49,383 nucleotides of DNA, filler included, from Jimgerdemannia flammicorona (GCA_003990765.1; 2 parts of 2 records of this genome joined end to end with filler, not necessarily neighbours in it); one strand, 5' to 3'; positions 35,468 to 49,383 are shown, counted from the whole stretch's first letter. Program-made: numbers and translations. The notes: generated by a model not told the origin, from the sequence alone.

Positions 35468-36373
35468 GAAGTCATGAATGGTTAGCTTAGCAATATAAAT
35501 ACTGTTATTGTTATGTACCAACATCTCTATTGTATCGTCTTAAAATTTATATGTTGTAGCTGTAGCCCTTCTAGTCTGTCATGTCTCTATATTCACCTTA
35601 AAGTAATACTGTAGACAAAATGACAATTGAATATTAACAATAAATCCCCGCATCATCAACACAAGAACTCTGGTAATTATTTCGCACTTTACATTCGATC
35701 CAGAATCAGGGACTTCAAAGTACAATCGCAGTACAAAACATCTTGACCCATAGGCACTAAAGATAGCCTGGCGGAGCCAAAAGCTTACCCAAGACCATCA
35801 TCTCCAATGAATGTTGAATGGTCGTAATTCTTTATTTCCGTACTCAAATTTCCGTGGCATTCTCGTTCCCCAGGTTAATTGTCAAAATACTCGCGCTATT
35901 AGCATCCATCGGCAAATCCCCTTTTGGCTGTATGGTTTCTGGTCAGAATTAAAGTCTAGGAACGAACTCATAATTTTATTAAGCAATACCAACAAATCTA
36001 ACCGCAGTGGTGGATATTCTAGGCTTTGTTTGGCATACGGTTGGAGAGGAGAGAAATTGAACTTGTGTTTGGAACCGTCCATGTGATAAATGTATTCAGC
36101 CTGTAGTGCTGACTGCATAGCGATACAATGAATTGCATTGAACACTTCACAATGCGCCTCCATTTCCATATGGTGGATGGACGATGCAGGTATCACATTC
36201 AAAATTCATTAGATGTGTTTTCAATAATTACGTCCACGCCCGATTATCCAAACTTGTCAAAGAATCCTTTCGCATGCACTAATAACAATAAAATTAAGGG
36301 AGTTAAATGTGTAGAGTTTGGCTTTGGAAACGTACGCTTACAAGGCTATCATTCGTATTATCCACAAAAGAGT

Positions 36374-36570
36374 CCCTTTATTACCATATATAATATCCCT
36401 CTGCCAGAACAGGGATGGGTGGGAGGGGTGTGAAAAAAGTTGCTAGATTGCTAAATTGCTTAGTTGCCTTTGGGAGTAGTGCCCAGATAAATGTAGAGCA
36501 TGAAATGAATTGAATGGCAGAAGAATGTCTATGCTTGAGTCAGGTATGGAAAGGGCTAAGAATATATCTA
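36374..36570 (+). repeat. Downstream copy of the direct repeat flanking the BTB-SPRY gene
   Basis: Same blocks as 33687-33830, with insertions. Confidence 0.8.
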
Positions 36571-37657
36571 GAACTAAAACTGAAATTGATGAATTGATTT
36601 GAGCATATATAATTCTGTCAACTTCATCAGAAAAAAAAAACTTTAGTTTGCATTTACTAGTTTGTGTTCACAGCTATTTGAGTTCATATTATTTAATATA
36701 GTTTAAGTTCACAGCCTTTTAGTTTATATATTACTATATATTTCTGTCTGTATACTTGCTATTTAGTTCATATGGCTGTATCTTCAAGAAAATAAATCTG
36801 TTAGCATCTACTAGTTCATGTCTACAGTTATTTGAGTTTATATTATGAAATTATAGTTTATATATTATGCTTTTCTGTCTTTATTCTTAGTAATTTAGTT
36901 TATAAAATATGTGGAATTTTGAGGCTTAGTTTGGGACCGGTAAGCATGACTACCCAGATAAGAAAAATAATAAACAAATAGTATTTATTGTCAGAATATA
37001 TATGTGGCTCAACTGTTTTGATTTTCCAAATAACATTCTTAACACCATCAACAAAATCCAGATATTTATTACTATATAGATAAGATGGAAAGAAATATGA
37101 ATTACAGCTAATGAAAGATTATTTTATATAAGCAAAATAGAAATAATACCATCACTACCTCCAGCTAGTAATGAAGAGTCCTCCAATGATAGAGAATGAA
37201 TCTTGATGAAACAAATAGCTACTATTAGTACCAAACAAAATACTGAGTATCAAAAGTGATAATGGCTTCTAAAGAAAGTCAAACAGATTAGTAAAGTTAA
37301 CAAAACACTTTAACAAATTAGTTCCACTCTTAGACAAGCTTAAGATATAGTTTCTGAACAAAACTCAGAGCCAATGAACTCCACCAGAATATACTTTAAA
37401 TTGTATAAATATGCCACCAATATTATCTCTAAAGACATTATTGTAGAAAATTATCTATTTGATAAAAAATTGTAATATAATAAACAAATTTAGCATAATA
37501 AGACTGAAAAAGGATGAGAAATAATTATTACCCATTTGATCAAAAAGTATTATCTTATCTTACTAGAAGAGAAGAAGACTAAAAGCAAAACAATACAGTT
37601 AAAGAAATATGTCAAATTTATAATATAACTTCTCATCTAATACTGAATCAGATCTGC

Positions 37658-37660
<3 letters not shown>

Positions 37661-37702
<42 letters not shown>

Positions 37703-40700
37703 ACTTGGACTTCTTTCTTTATTAATATATCTATCTAACCCATATATAATACACTAAGCCCACCCCTATCTGATCCCCCAAGGGGGCCTCTGCCCCTCTA
37801 CCCCCTCTTGATTAAAGACCACTAGACTATTAATCACTCTCACTACTCACTACTCTGTCTACAAATCTCTTCTACCAGATGGCAATAATGCCCACCCTGG
37901 AGACCCCAGCCAACCCACCACTCTGTTAGTATATCTCCCACCAACCTCTCTCATCTTAACAACCTCTTCGATAGATCTAGCTATCACCCTTCCTCAAAAA
38001 CAAAGAGCCAATATCCAGCTAACCCTATCTATATAGCTAAAACCCACCCTACAGTAAGCTATTCATTGCTCACCCCACTCACCAACCTAGATCTCAAATC
38101 TTTCCAGCGACCTCTCTCCCCCTCTGGTCTCCTCCTCACCCCCAGCCAGTCTCCTACTGCTATCCAAAAGTCCCCCAGAATCTCACATTCTCCTAGCCAA
38201 TGTTCTGGTATCTGCACAAATCCCCCAACTTGTCTGATATTATAGTATACTTCACATTCCAGTAGGCCACCATCTACCAGATACCTAGTACAGAAATTCA
38301 ACATGATATTTCTCTGTAGCATCCACTACCATACTACCCAATACTTGGGAGGAAGCCACCTCCATACCTCAGCACTCTATATCCAGACTTCTGCCCAATC
38401 CCAGTTCTTGCCAATCCTCACTGCTTGTCAACCACTTGGCCAAAGATCCTGACCAAGTCCCCTCTGATACTCCACTCCATCACCAATATCAAATTCAATA
38501 AGTAGAGTATCCCCCAAAAGCAATCTGTCTCATCTCCACATAGCTGGTCTCTATAGCATCTCCCCTTTATTGCTATACCAACACAAGCTAATACAGTGTG
38601 CTCCATCTGCTACCCCCCATCAGAAGTCTTTATACTGCAGCTGATGGCTTCCACCCAGGGCCACCAGAGAAAACAAATCCCCCAAGGACTATCTTGGGGA
38701 GAATTTCATCTCCCACACCTTCTGCATCAATAGCACCCATCCCCCTCCCCTCAGTTCTACAGCCTGCTTCAACCACCAAGCTCTCAAGCAGTGTAGCCTC
38801 TTAGAAAAGTCCACCAGTCCTAGTCTCCCTTGAACTACTGGCATTGAAAGGGTTTCCCAACTGATCTGGGACCATCTCCCAGCCCAAATCCAGTCTCTAG
38901 CCAGCTTCATCAGTCTCTTCACCACTCAGGCTGAAAAGTCCAAGTGATAGGCAATATATCATAGCTTAGAGAATCAGTAGATATTCAAAATTGTTACTTG
39001 GCCTACCAGGGAGATGTGGCAACCTCCTCAGTCTTGAAGTGCCTCCCCCCAGATTGCCACTCTCCTCTCCCACTACACCTATGGCAAGACTGATCTATAC
39101 ACTGAAAGAAAGATGCCCAGATACCTCACTGCCTCTCCTGTTAGGACAATTGTTCCAATGACATCCCCTCCCACTAACCCATTTTCCAGCACCATTGTCT
39201 TACACTTATGCCAGTTACATTTTGCTCCAGAGTATATCTCATACCATTCTACTGTCTCCTTAAGAGTCTCAACATCTACTACTGATCTAAGTCCAACCAC
39301 TATATTATCTGCAAAGGCCCCCACCTTCTACACCATACTATAAATAGTGAGCCCTGCCACCTTCTGCCTAATCCTATCTATCAAAGGTTCTAAAGAAAGG
39401 ACATATAGAATAAGAGACAGTGGATCCTCCTGAGGAACCCCTCTCTCCAAGAGAAATGCCATACTCTGATGACTATTACACATCAGTGCTACCCTACTTC
39501 CCTCCAACAAATTCAATATTGAAGCTCAAAATAGCAAGAGAACTCCTATTCTGTCCAGTACCTTGCTCAGCCACACCTGCTGAACATGGTCATAGGCCTT
39601 CTCCTGATCCAGAAAGACCAGTCTCTCATCCAATCCACTAGCCCTTGTCTCTTTAATGATACCATGGACCCAGGCCATCCCATCTCTGCTAAGTCTGTCT
39701 CCTACAAAGCCCTGCTGCTTCTCACCCAACAACTGTTGGGCAACCCTCTGTAATCTTGCCACAATCACCTTAGTCACTATCTTCCTGTCCATATCCAGCA
39801 GCATGATAGGCCTCTAGTTCTTCCAATCCTCCCTCCTCCCCTTGTCCTTATACAATAGGGCCACCAGCCTTAGGTCCTGCCCTCCCACCCACTGATCCCT
39901 CAGGAGAACAAAATCACAGAGGGCCACTATCTCACCTAATACCCCAGGGACCCTCACCATCTTTTTCCAAAAGTCCCAAGGTAGACCATCCTCTCCTGGC
40001 ACTATACCAAGTTAGTTGCAGCAAGAACTCTCTGGATCTCCTCCTCCTGGACCAGAAGGATCAAATCCCCCAGGCTCTCTACTTACAGCAGATCCCAGTT
40101 CACCAGAGTGTCTCCAATTGCCTCTATATCAGTACCCCCTTCCTCCTCACTCTACAGGCCCCTCCACCACTCCTTTAGCAACCCCAAGATCTGTTGTATA
40201 CCATGTACCATTCTCCCCTCAGCATCAAGGACTCCATCCTACCAATGTTGCACCCTCAAGTACCTAGTCTGCCTCTCCCCCTCCTCAAGCCCCTGCTACC
40301 TCAACCTAGCTGCCATTCCTTTCACATATATCTCCTCCTCCTCTCACAACATCTATTGCAACTCCATTACTTCTAATCTAGCTTGCACTAACCTCCAATC
40401 ATCCACCTCACTAGAGTTTATCAAATCAACCCATTCCATCTGCAATCTAACCAATCTATTAGAAGTACACCATACTCTCTTCCTTCTTTGCCTCCCAGTA
40501 TCTCTACCAACTTCTCTCCAGTAGGTCCTTACAGCCTCTTTCAACTTCATCCACTGGACATCCACTTGCAAGCCCTCATATACCCAGCTTATTATCTTCA
40601 CCTGAATGTCCTCTGCCCAAAGGTCCCACAATACCTTCTCAGCTAGCAGAGAGGAATTAAGATACCAATGTCCAGGTCTATCTCCACTCCCCCCAAACTG

Positions 40701-41869
40701 CCTCTGTCCTAATAGTCCCCAGTGGTCTGACTATTGGCACTACTCTACCTCCAGAGTCCTCCAAATATCCAGACCCCAATATTCAGTCATCAGTATCCAG
40801 TCTATCCTTGTACTGAGACCATTCACCCAATGTGTGTAAATCCTCTTTTCTCTCTACTGTATTCTGCTCATATCTCCTAAGGAGCTAAGGTTCTCCATCT
40901 CCTTCTATGCATCCAGGCCACTACTCCTCCCACCAGCACTCCTTTCTATATCAGTTCTATCTAACTGAAGATTCCACACTATATTGAAGTTATCTCTCCA
41001 AACATCCACCCCATCCTCCAAGAATGTGTCCTCATCCAGAAGACCCTTAATCTATACAATCCACTCACCTCTAGCTGCCAGGCAGTAGCAAGAGCCAACT
41101 CTCACTAGCTCTCACCCAGGTCTACACTATTCCCCTCATACCAAACAGTCTCTCTAGCTTCTGATTTCACCTAATTCCCCTTTACTCCTCCATACCAAAA
41201 TTGCCACTTTGCCAATCCAAGCTATAGCTTCTCCCCATTCTCTAGTCCACTCTACTGATCTACATTATCCTTATATTGTACATCCTGTAGCAGAAAGAGA
41301 TTAGCCTCCAATCTTTTAAGCTAAGTGAAAATGTTCTTCCACTACCCAGATTCCCATAACCCATTCACATTCAGAGAAAAAAATATTAGTTATACTGTTT
41401 ATTAGGAATAATGTTTAGAAGTAGGGTCCTGTATGTCCTTTACAAATCCTCACCCCTCCCCTCTTATGCTATGTCTAAGTTGTGTTCAGCAGCCAATCCC
41501 TCCTCTTCAGCCTCCTTTGTCTCCAATCCAACCAGAAGTTCAGCCATCTCCCCATCCTTCTTTTCTTCAAAGTTCTCATGATACTCCAGGCAGGCCTCCT
41601 GCCAAAGCTTCAGACCATAATGCTCTGTCCAACAGTAGGTGGCCTGCTTACCAGCAACAGCTGCCAGCTCAGCCTCCCTCTCCTTATCAACCTCATACCC
41701 CTCCTCCTCCAGAAGAATTGCAAGCACCTCCACCTTCAGTGCCTCCATTACCCCATTATCTACAGGATCTGTGCCCAATGCTCCTCACTTATCACTCTCA
41801 GGTCCACTTCTCCCAACTCTTCAGCCATGAGATTGTTTATTATCCTGTACATCTACAGTAGGTTTCAAC
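37661..41869 (-). mobile_element. 5'-truncated L1/Tx1-like LINE (end of ORF1 and ORF2)
   Basis: Poly(T) at about 37660-37697, 12-bp TSD CAGATCTGCTAT at 37649-37660 and 41870-41881, and RT remnants FLDQEKAYD, GVPQEDPLS and AFADN. Confidence 0.92.
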
Positions 41870-42321
41870 CAGATCTGCTATCTACAAAGAGTAAGTAAAT
41901 AAGATTTAACTTGAATATAAAAAGATAAGATATATTTACTATATAAAATATATCTATAATTAATCTACAAACAATACTATGAATACTACTATACTATGAA
42001 TATTATGAACAATAAATACCACAGTATACAAACTATATAAATCTCAACTTATGTCAATAAAGATTTGGTTTCAATAATAATTTATAGATACTTATATTAT
42101 ATATAATTCACTATTAAATATATATTTTTAATACTACTGCACACTCCTTAAATGAAAACTGATCACAATTGCAAGTAATACCAAGTTCATATAACTATAT
42201 TTTTAGTCTATATACTTGGCTATTTAGTCCAACTATATATGTATTTATAAATAAAATATAAATTTAAAAAAGTTTCTCTCATGATATGTGATCTGTATAC
42301 TTATTTACAAAAAGAATAAAT

Positions 42322-43449
42322 CCTTTCTCCAGTACTACTTAGGTTACACAAACTTCTAATAATACTTTCAGTACAACTTTTAGAGAAAAGATAATAGTAA
42401 TATAAAAACTAATGATCATTCTGAGGTATGTACTAGGTAGGGTGGCTCTAGTACATTTGACTGGCAGTATATTGGACAGAGTTATGGCTTGGGGATAAGT
42501 CTGTTGAGCTCTCTTTCAGGTAGATATCAAGGGGAAAACAGCAGTACTAGTAGGTGAGAGATAGAGAAGGTGAGCTTTGCTGACAAGGTCAAGGCTAGGC
42601 ATCCATTGATGAGCCTAGAGGGTTGACTATAGGGAGATAAGGAGAAAGAGGAAGTAGCTGAGCCTAGAGGGGTGGCCCTAGGTGGTGGTAGTGATGGGAC
42701 AGAAGGAGTAATAGCTGGGGAGAGAGGAGGACTGCTGATAGAGGGGGGACTACTAATCTAGAAAAAAAATTCAGATATAATGGCTGATGGTGAGGCTGGG
42801 CAGAGAGGGGGCATGAGGTCTGGGGATCTGGCTGATAGTATAATAGGTCTGGTGGTAGTACTGTTACTTAAGAAATTGGTGTCTGAATTTACTGTTATAT
42901 TGTGCTTCTGGGGCTTAATAGTTATGCCAAAAATAGTTCTGGAGCTTTTAATATAGGAGGTAAAAGGAGTGGTCTCAGTGAAGTTCTTAAAGAGACTAGA
43001 AGGAGTAGAGGTAGGCTTTAAGGAGTAAGAGTTGATGTTAGGAGTATTGGAGAAAGAAGTGATGGTGGAAGGGGTAGTGATTCTTATGGCTTGGTACTTA
43101 TACTGAGAACCCTGAGTAGTATAGCTAGTAGTGGAAAATATACCCATAGTGAAGAAGGAGGAGGCCAGAGAGCTGATTGTTGATATTATCAAGGAGTATA
43201 AAGATGTAGTAGATATTGGATTCTGGGCCTGAGAAGGTACAGAGTTCAGGACTGGAGATGTAGATATTAGAGTTAGACTGGTGGACAAGAAGAATGCTAA
43301 GAAAGAAAGAGATTGGCTGGCAGTAGTTAAGTAGGAGCCAGTGAAGTATAAGGTCTTGAGGGTGAAGGAGATGTCAGAGAAGGAGAAGAACTTGTTAGAG
43401 GTATTGAAAAACCAGACTAGAGTAGTAGAGAAGAGACAGTTGGTCCAGC
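42322..43449 (+). mobile_element. 5' part of a decayed LINE, interrupted by the next LINE
   Basis: 5' motif CCTTTCTCCAGTACTACTTAGGTTACACAA and ORF1 remnants (DLADSIIGLVVVLLLKKL). Confidence 0.85.
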
Positions 43450-46400
43450 ACCTCTCTCTACTATAATTTATATTACACAAACTTCTAATAATACTTTTGA
43501 CACAGTTTTTAGAGCAAAGGTGTTAATATTATAATAATAAATAAGAGATTAGAGGAGTATTCTGAGCAGGATAACCTCAGTACATTTGACTGACAGCATG
43601 TAGAAAGAAGTTATAGCTTAGAGGAAGTCTGTCAGGCTTGCTGACTGGAGGACATAGAAGGAGTGAGAGTAGAGTCTGGTAGGGAGGCCCCTGGGAGTAA
43701 TAGTAGTAGGGCTGGGAGAGTCGTAGCTGGGGGGAGTGGGACTGCTGATGAAGGGAGGACTGCTGATCTGGAAAAAAAAACCAGATATGACAGCTGATGG
43801 TAGGGCTGAACAGGAGCAGAGCACAAGGCCTGGGGACCTAGCTGATAGTATAATGAACCTGATGATAGCACCATTACTCAAGAAATTAGTATCTGAATTT
43901 GTCATCACATTGTGCTCCTGGGGCCTAGTAGTTATAGTGAGAATGGTTCTGGGGTTACTGGCCCAGGAGGTGAAAGAAGCTGTCTTGGTGAAGTTCTTAA
44001 AGGGTCTGAAGAGAGTTGAGGTAGGGTTCAAAGAGGAGGAGTTAATGTTGGGGATTTGAAAAAAGGTATTGTAGTAGAAGGGGTGACAATCTCTATAGCT
44101 CAGTACTTATACTGGAACTCTCAGGTCATACAGCTAGTGGTGGTGAATGTATCTATAGTGAAGAAAGAGAAGGCCAAAGGGCTGATTATTAATGTCATCA
44201 AGAAGTATAGAGATGTAGTAGATGTTGGTTTCTGGGTCTGGAAGAGTATAGAGTTCAGGACTAGAGATATAGATGTCAGGGTGAGGCTGACAGATAAGGA
44301 TAATACTGGAAAGGGAAGGGATTGGCTAGTAGTACTTAAGTAGGGATTAGTGAAGTACAAGATATTAAGGATCAAGGGGATGCTAGGGGAGGAAGAGGAC
44401 TTACTAGAGGTATTGGAGGATCTGGCTGAGACTGTTGAGAAGAGAGGATTAGTCTGGAAGGAGTTTGAGACCAAGACAGTGGTAGAGATGGTAAATGGCA
44501 AACAAGTGTAGCTGGATCAGACTGCCTGGAAGAGGGTATAAGAGAGGCAGTATTAGAAGGATTTACTGACAAAGTGGAGAGAGCAGCTAGAGGGGGGAAA
44601 AGCTGCTGATAGAGTCAGATCAAGGGCCAGTATTTGAGCAGAGAGAAGGAGATAGTGGTTAAGAAGACTCTGACAGAAGAGAGAGACCTAGAGCAAGGTA
44701 TAGTAGTTGAGGATAAGTTCAGTATGATTTGCCTATAGAGGGAGTGGGAAATAATGAGCTGCAGGATATACTAGAGAAGGACTAGAATGAGTCAGTAAGA
44801 GCCAATACTGGTGGCAGTCAAGGGGCTGGGGGGCAGGAGGTGATCCAGAGAGTGGATGAGGCTATAGGTGAGAGGTGATAGTTATAGAAGACATTGATGA
44901 ATATTGCAGCAGATGAGTTGGGTAAAGTGGACTTCTGGGTGATTAGTGAGAGATACTGAGGAGAGGTTCTGTGAGGAGAAGAGATAGTACAGAAGATAAA
45001 AGATGAGCTGATGGTAGGGTTATTGAAGACAAAGAAGTATGAGATGGATGACAACAGAGAGGCAGTACTTCTGGAAATTGTAAATGACTGTGCAACTTAC
45101 CTGTGGGGCCCTAGGAAGAGGTTGGCAAAGTAACAGGTAGTGTGTGAGAAGTACTGGTCTAACATGGAAGCTGTGGATAGTGAGGACTATTAGGAGATCT
45201 TGGTAGCTCTGGATGTCCAACTGGGGGAGGCTGAAGAGCTTAAGACAGAGTGGAATCTGGATATCACTAGTGATGCAGTGAGTATAGAATTGTAAAGTAA
45301 GTGACTTTGTTCATAATAATTATTCAATATGAACAGTATAACCAGAATTCTATATTTGAATGTCCATGGGCTATAGGGTGTAGCAAGATGTCAGAACATT
45401 TTCTGCTAGTTAAAGGAGCTGAATGTAGATCTATTTCTACTGTAGGATGTTAGATGTGATGTGGACTTGGACATGCTAGACTGGATGAAGAAATGGGATA
45501 GGACAGCTGTTTGGCAGAGCCAGGTAGGCATTTTGGTTAGAAAGGGAGATATTAGAGATATTGGACATTGGGAGAACAGAGTAATGTGGGGGATATGGTG
45601 GAGGTCAGGTTAGAGCCCCTTAACTATTGGGTCTTATTATTGCCCAGCAGAAAGGAGAGAGCAAGTAGAGTAGATAAGAGGACTTAGAGATGCAGGGGTA
45701 CTGGTAGAGGTGGAGATTGGCTGTTTGGGTAGGGAGTTCAATATAATTCAGGATGGGCTGTTGGACAGAACTGATGGAGAGAGAGAGATGACTGGTAGGA
45801 GTGGGGGGGTGGAAGATTGGGAGGAGATTGAAAGATTGAGCTCTTTGATGGATGCAGGGCAACTTGGGTAGAGGGACTGCAGGGTCTATACTTACTGGGT
45901 GATAGGGTTGGACTTGAGAATCAACTGGATCTTAACTGTAGAGTATTGGGAAGAGGATGTTTGGAGTTCTCTGGAGACAATTTGGTATCTGTAGTCTGAT
46001 TATTGAGGTCTGCTTAGTTGTGGGAGATTTGGAGAAAGTGGGGAGGGTTCTGGACATTGGCATCTTAATGTCTCATTGCTGGGAGAGCCCTCATTATGGG
46101 ATGTGTGGATGGTGGACATGAGTTCTCAGATTCTTAGCTGGAGGGAAAAGGGGTTGGAGATCAGAGACTGGTGGTAGCATTTAAAATCAGATACTCAAAG
46201 GTTCTGAGGGAAGGTAGGGAAGGTATGGGGTAAGGATGGAAGAAATTAACTACAGTGGGTATTTCAGAGATTGGATAAGTTGTTGAAGACCTGGGCTGAT
46301 TTGCTGAACAATGGGGAGAAGGAGAATTGGAGGGTTCAGCAGGTCCAGCTTGAGAAAGAAGAGCTGAAGGAGATGCTGAGATAGGAGGAAGATCTGCAGA

Positions 46401-49383
46401 TAAAGGGTATAGTAGCCTGATTGAGATGACAGAGTATAGAAGAGGAGGAGCAACTGACAAATTTCCTATCAAGGCTTCTTCAGACAAGAAGGGTGAGATA
46501 ATGATGGGAGGAAATATTAGATTAGACTAGAGAGATGGTTGTTAAAATCCCAGAGATCTTGGACCAGTTGAGCTTGAGGTGGAGACAGTTATGGAGTGAG
46601 AAGAAAGGTAGAGAAGATGCTCTGGACATTGAATGGTATTTAGAGGATTGGCACCCAGACCCAACAGAGGGCCTTGATAACCTTGGGGTTTCTATTCAAG
46701 GGGTGGAGATATATAGGGTTTTGGTAACAATAAGTCTCAGAACAGCCTCTAGAGAGAATGGGCTATCTTGGGATTTCTGAAAGAAGATAGCTGGTATGGA
46801 GTTAGCTTTGGAGGAGATGGTGAGGATGTGTGATGAGATTATTAGATCAGATGAGTAGATTGGAGAACAGTAACTAGAACTAGTAGCTCTGCTGTACAAG
46901 AACAAGAGAAGATGAGAGGAGTGGAATAACTGGAGACAGATCATACTTTTGGATATAGATTATAAGCTAGTTATGAAGATATTGGTGGATAGGCTATAAG
47001 GAGTGATACAGCAGGTGCTGGAGGGTGAACAGAGGGGTTTCATTGAGAGATACTTAATAAGAGATGAGATAGCTTAGATATATAGAGTTATTGAAGGAGT
47101 ATGGTGGATAGTTGGCTAGTTTTTCTGGACCAGGAGAAGATATATGATAAGGTCTAGTGAGTTTAGCTAGCAAGAGTATTGAAGTAGATGAGAGTTCTCC
47201 CAGTGTTCTAATGATCATTGATAAAGCTATTAGTGAGAAGTTGGGCTATAATATTAGTGAATGAATACAGGGAGGTTTCATTTCCCTTGGGCAGAAGAGT
47301 GCTGCAAGGGGATCTACTGTCACTAATCCTCTATGTTCTCTCTCTGGAGCCTCTGTTGGACAGAATTGGGCATAAGGTGGGGGGTTAAAAATTCTTAGAG
47401 TGAATTGGAAGATAGAAGCCTTTGCTGATGATATGGTAATTAGGCTGGACTAGTACTACCAAATAAATTAAATCAATTTGAATCAAATTGAATTGAGGGT
47501 CATTTGAATTGAATTGAATTAAGGATTTTTCAAATTTTGAATTAAATCAAATTAAGGGTCCAATTCAAACCCTATTTTTTGAAATATAATAACTTGACAA
47601 ATACATGTCCAAATTCATGATCTTTAGCTTGTTAGATTCCCCTATATAAGAGGAACCTAACAAGCTAAATATCATTGAATTTGGATGTATATTCATCAGG
47701 TTAATATATTTCAAAAAATAGGATTCAAATTGGACCTCAAATTGAATTAGCCTTCAATTCAATTTGAATCAAATTGAATTGGACCTTTGATTTAATTTGT
47801 TGAGAGCACTATGCAGAACTCTGTAGAAGACATAGCTGTACTGAAGGAGGCTGTGGAATGATATGAGGAGTGTCCTGGTACTAAGCTGAATTGATACAAG
47901 TGTGAGACACTGGTGTTAAAAAGAGGAATAATAGGAAGAGATGTGATTGGAACCATTGTTCTGATGGAAGAGACAGTCTGTTATCTGGGAATCTACTTCT
48001 CAGTATATGGGTCCCTACTGCCTTAAGAATAGTGGGAGTGGCAGTTAGTAGTGTTGGTGAATATTCTTCTGGAGTAGAGTGGCCAATATCTCCCTAGCTG
48101 GGAGGGTGATAGTGCTGAATATATACTGGCTCCCTAAGTTGTGGTATCTGGGATATCACTTGGATTTCCTATTATAGGTGGTCAAGAGACAGTTGAAGAT
48201 GGCCAGAACTTGGATATGGGTAGAGTGGAGGAGTCAGATAGCCTGGGAGGTGATAACTTTGTCAGTAGTCTGGGGGGGGCTAGATATGGTAGACTTTACT
48301 AAGTATCTATATTGCTTAAGAGCATGGCAGTTGAAGTGAGCTAGTAAGTTGAGGGGCTATGAGTGAGTGCTCCTTATATAGAGAGTGTGGGAGTTCTCTT
48401 CCTGAGATATATCTGATAATCTGCTCTCTCTGGTGGTGCTAGAGGAGAGCCAGAAGATATGCTTTAAAGGCTTCTGATAGAGAGTGGTTGATGGCATAGA
48501 GTGAATTGGTATCAGATTGCAAGGCAATGAGGGAGAGGCTGCCTGGTGATCCAGGATATAAAGGTGAGACCATCTTCTGCTGGGGGGTATACTGGTAGAT
48601 AATTTCAGCTTGAAGGATGATATAGAGTATCTTCAGAAGCATAGGCAAGATCTGTAGCCAGCAGCATAGTAAGGAGTAGGGATCAATAAGGAGTGGGACT
48701 AAAATAAAGTATGCTCATAGAGTAAGCAGGTGATATAGTAAATCCCCCCCAAGTTCTGAGTGACATAGTGGAGGCTTTTGTGATAAAATGTGATGTTAAA
48801 CTATTGGTTGGAATATTTGGTGGATATGGGAGTATTGGAGTATGAAGAGTGCTTCAATATCAGACAGAAGAGAGGGGTGGTACAGACTTCAGAGTATTGT
48901 TTGGGAGAGTATGAGATAATGAGAGACTTTTGGAGAGTGATTGAGGGTCTTTTGAAGGTCTACCCACTGGGGGATTTATAGAGGAGACTGGTGGGAGGGG
49001 TTGGGGATGAGTGGTTAACTATTGGGTGGGTACTAGCCATTTGGGTTGGGCTTGCTGAACTTTAGCTATATGTATTTGAGGATAGACAGCAGTTGGTACT
49101 TGAACTGTGGGTTTCAAGGTGGGAGTGGTTGGTGTTAGACCTATTGAATGGCTGGTAGAAGGGATGGGGACCTGGAGGGGGGTCCCATAGAAGGCTGGTA
49201 GAAAAAATCTACAAGCAGAGTGGAGAGAGAATTGGGATGGCTGAGGGGTTGGTGACTTTCTGAAGAGATGGAGAGAGAGAGGGAGGGGGTGAAGTCCCTT
49301 GGGGAATTGGATGAGAGAGGGGCCTATATTAGTATAATGTAGAATAGTAATAAGAGTAATAAAGTGGAAGTCTAAGTAACTAT
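43450..49383 (+). mobile_element. Full-length decayed LINE; the window ends just before the expected poly(A)
   Basis: 5' motif at 43450, ORF1 remnants at 43736-44343, APE start MNSITRILYLNVHGL at about 45329, AFADDM at about 47418, and 3' end AATAAAGTGGAAGTCTAAGTAACTAT like the other copies. Confidence 0.9.
47451..47811. mobile_element. hAT-type MITE, copy 2 (older)
   Basis: Termini TAGTACTACCAA / TTGAGAGCACTA, the same central TTTAGCTTGTTAG hairpin as 5979-6402, and a degenerate 8-bp TSD GGCTGGAC / TGCAGAAC. Confidence 0.85.

Overview
Eukaryotic, probably fungal, repeat-dense DNA; the lineage is an inference. Most of the window is nested, decayed transposable elements. These are seven L1/Tx1-like LINE copies, three tyrosine-recombinase (DIRS/Ngaro-type) retroelements, two hAT-type MITEs, a hAT transposase relic, copia and gypsy relics and a 1.2 kb non-coding polyadenylated retroposon. 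One YR element shows the A1...B1-A2-B2 split direct repeat layout, with A1 cut by a LINE. A CpG-rich island at about 28.9-36.4 kb holds the only intact host gene, a two-exon BTB/POZ-SPRY gene, plus a DUF1624-like membrane-protein pseudogene. A 100-nt gap with a TTAATTAATTAA linker at 24643-24742 is an assembly join. I see no CRISPR, rRNA or tRNA. The best novelty candidates are the Ngaro family with a SAP-like, CCHC and CCCH Gag, the non-autonomous retroposon sharing the LINE 5' motif, and CpA-directed decay of repeats on top of CpG decay. All calls come from reading motifs by eye; no searches were run.
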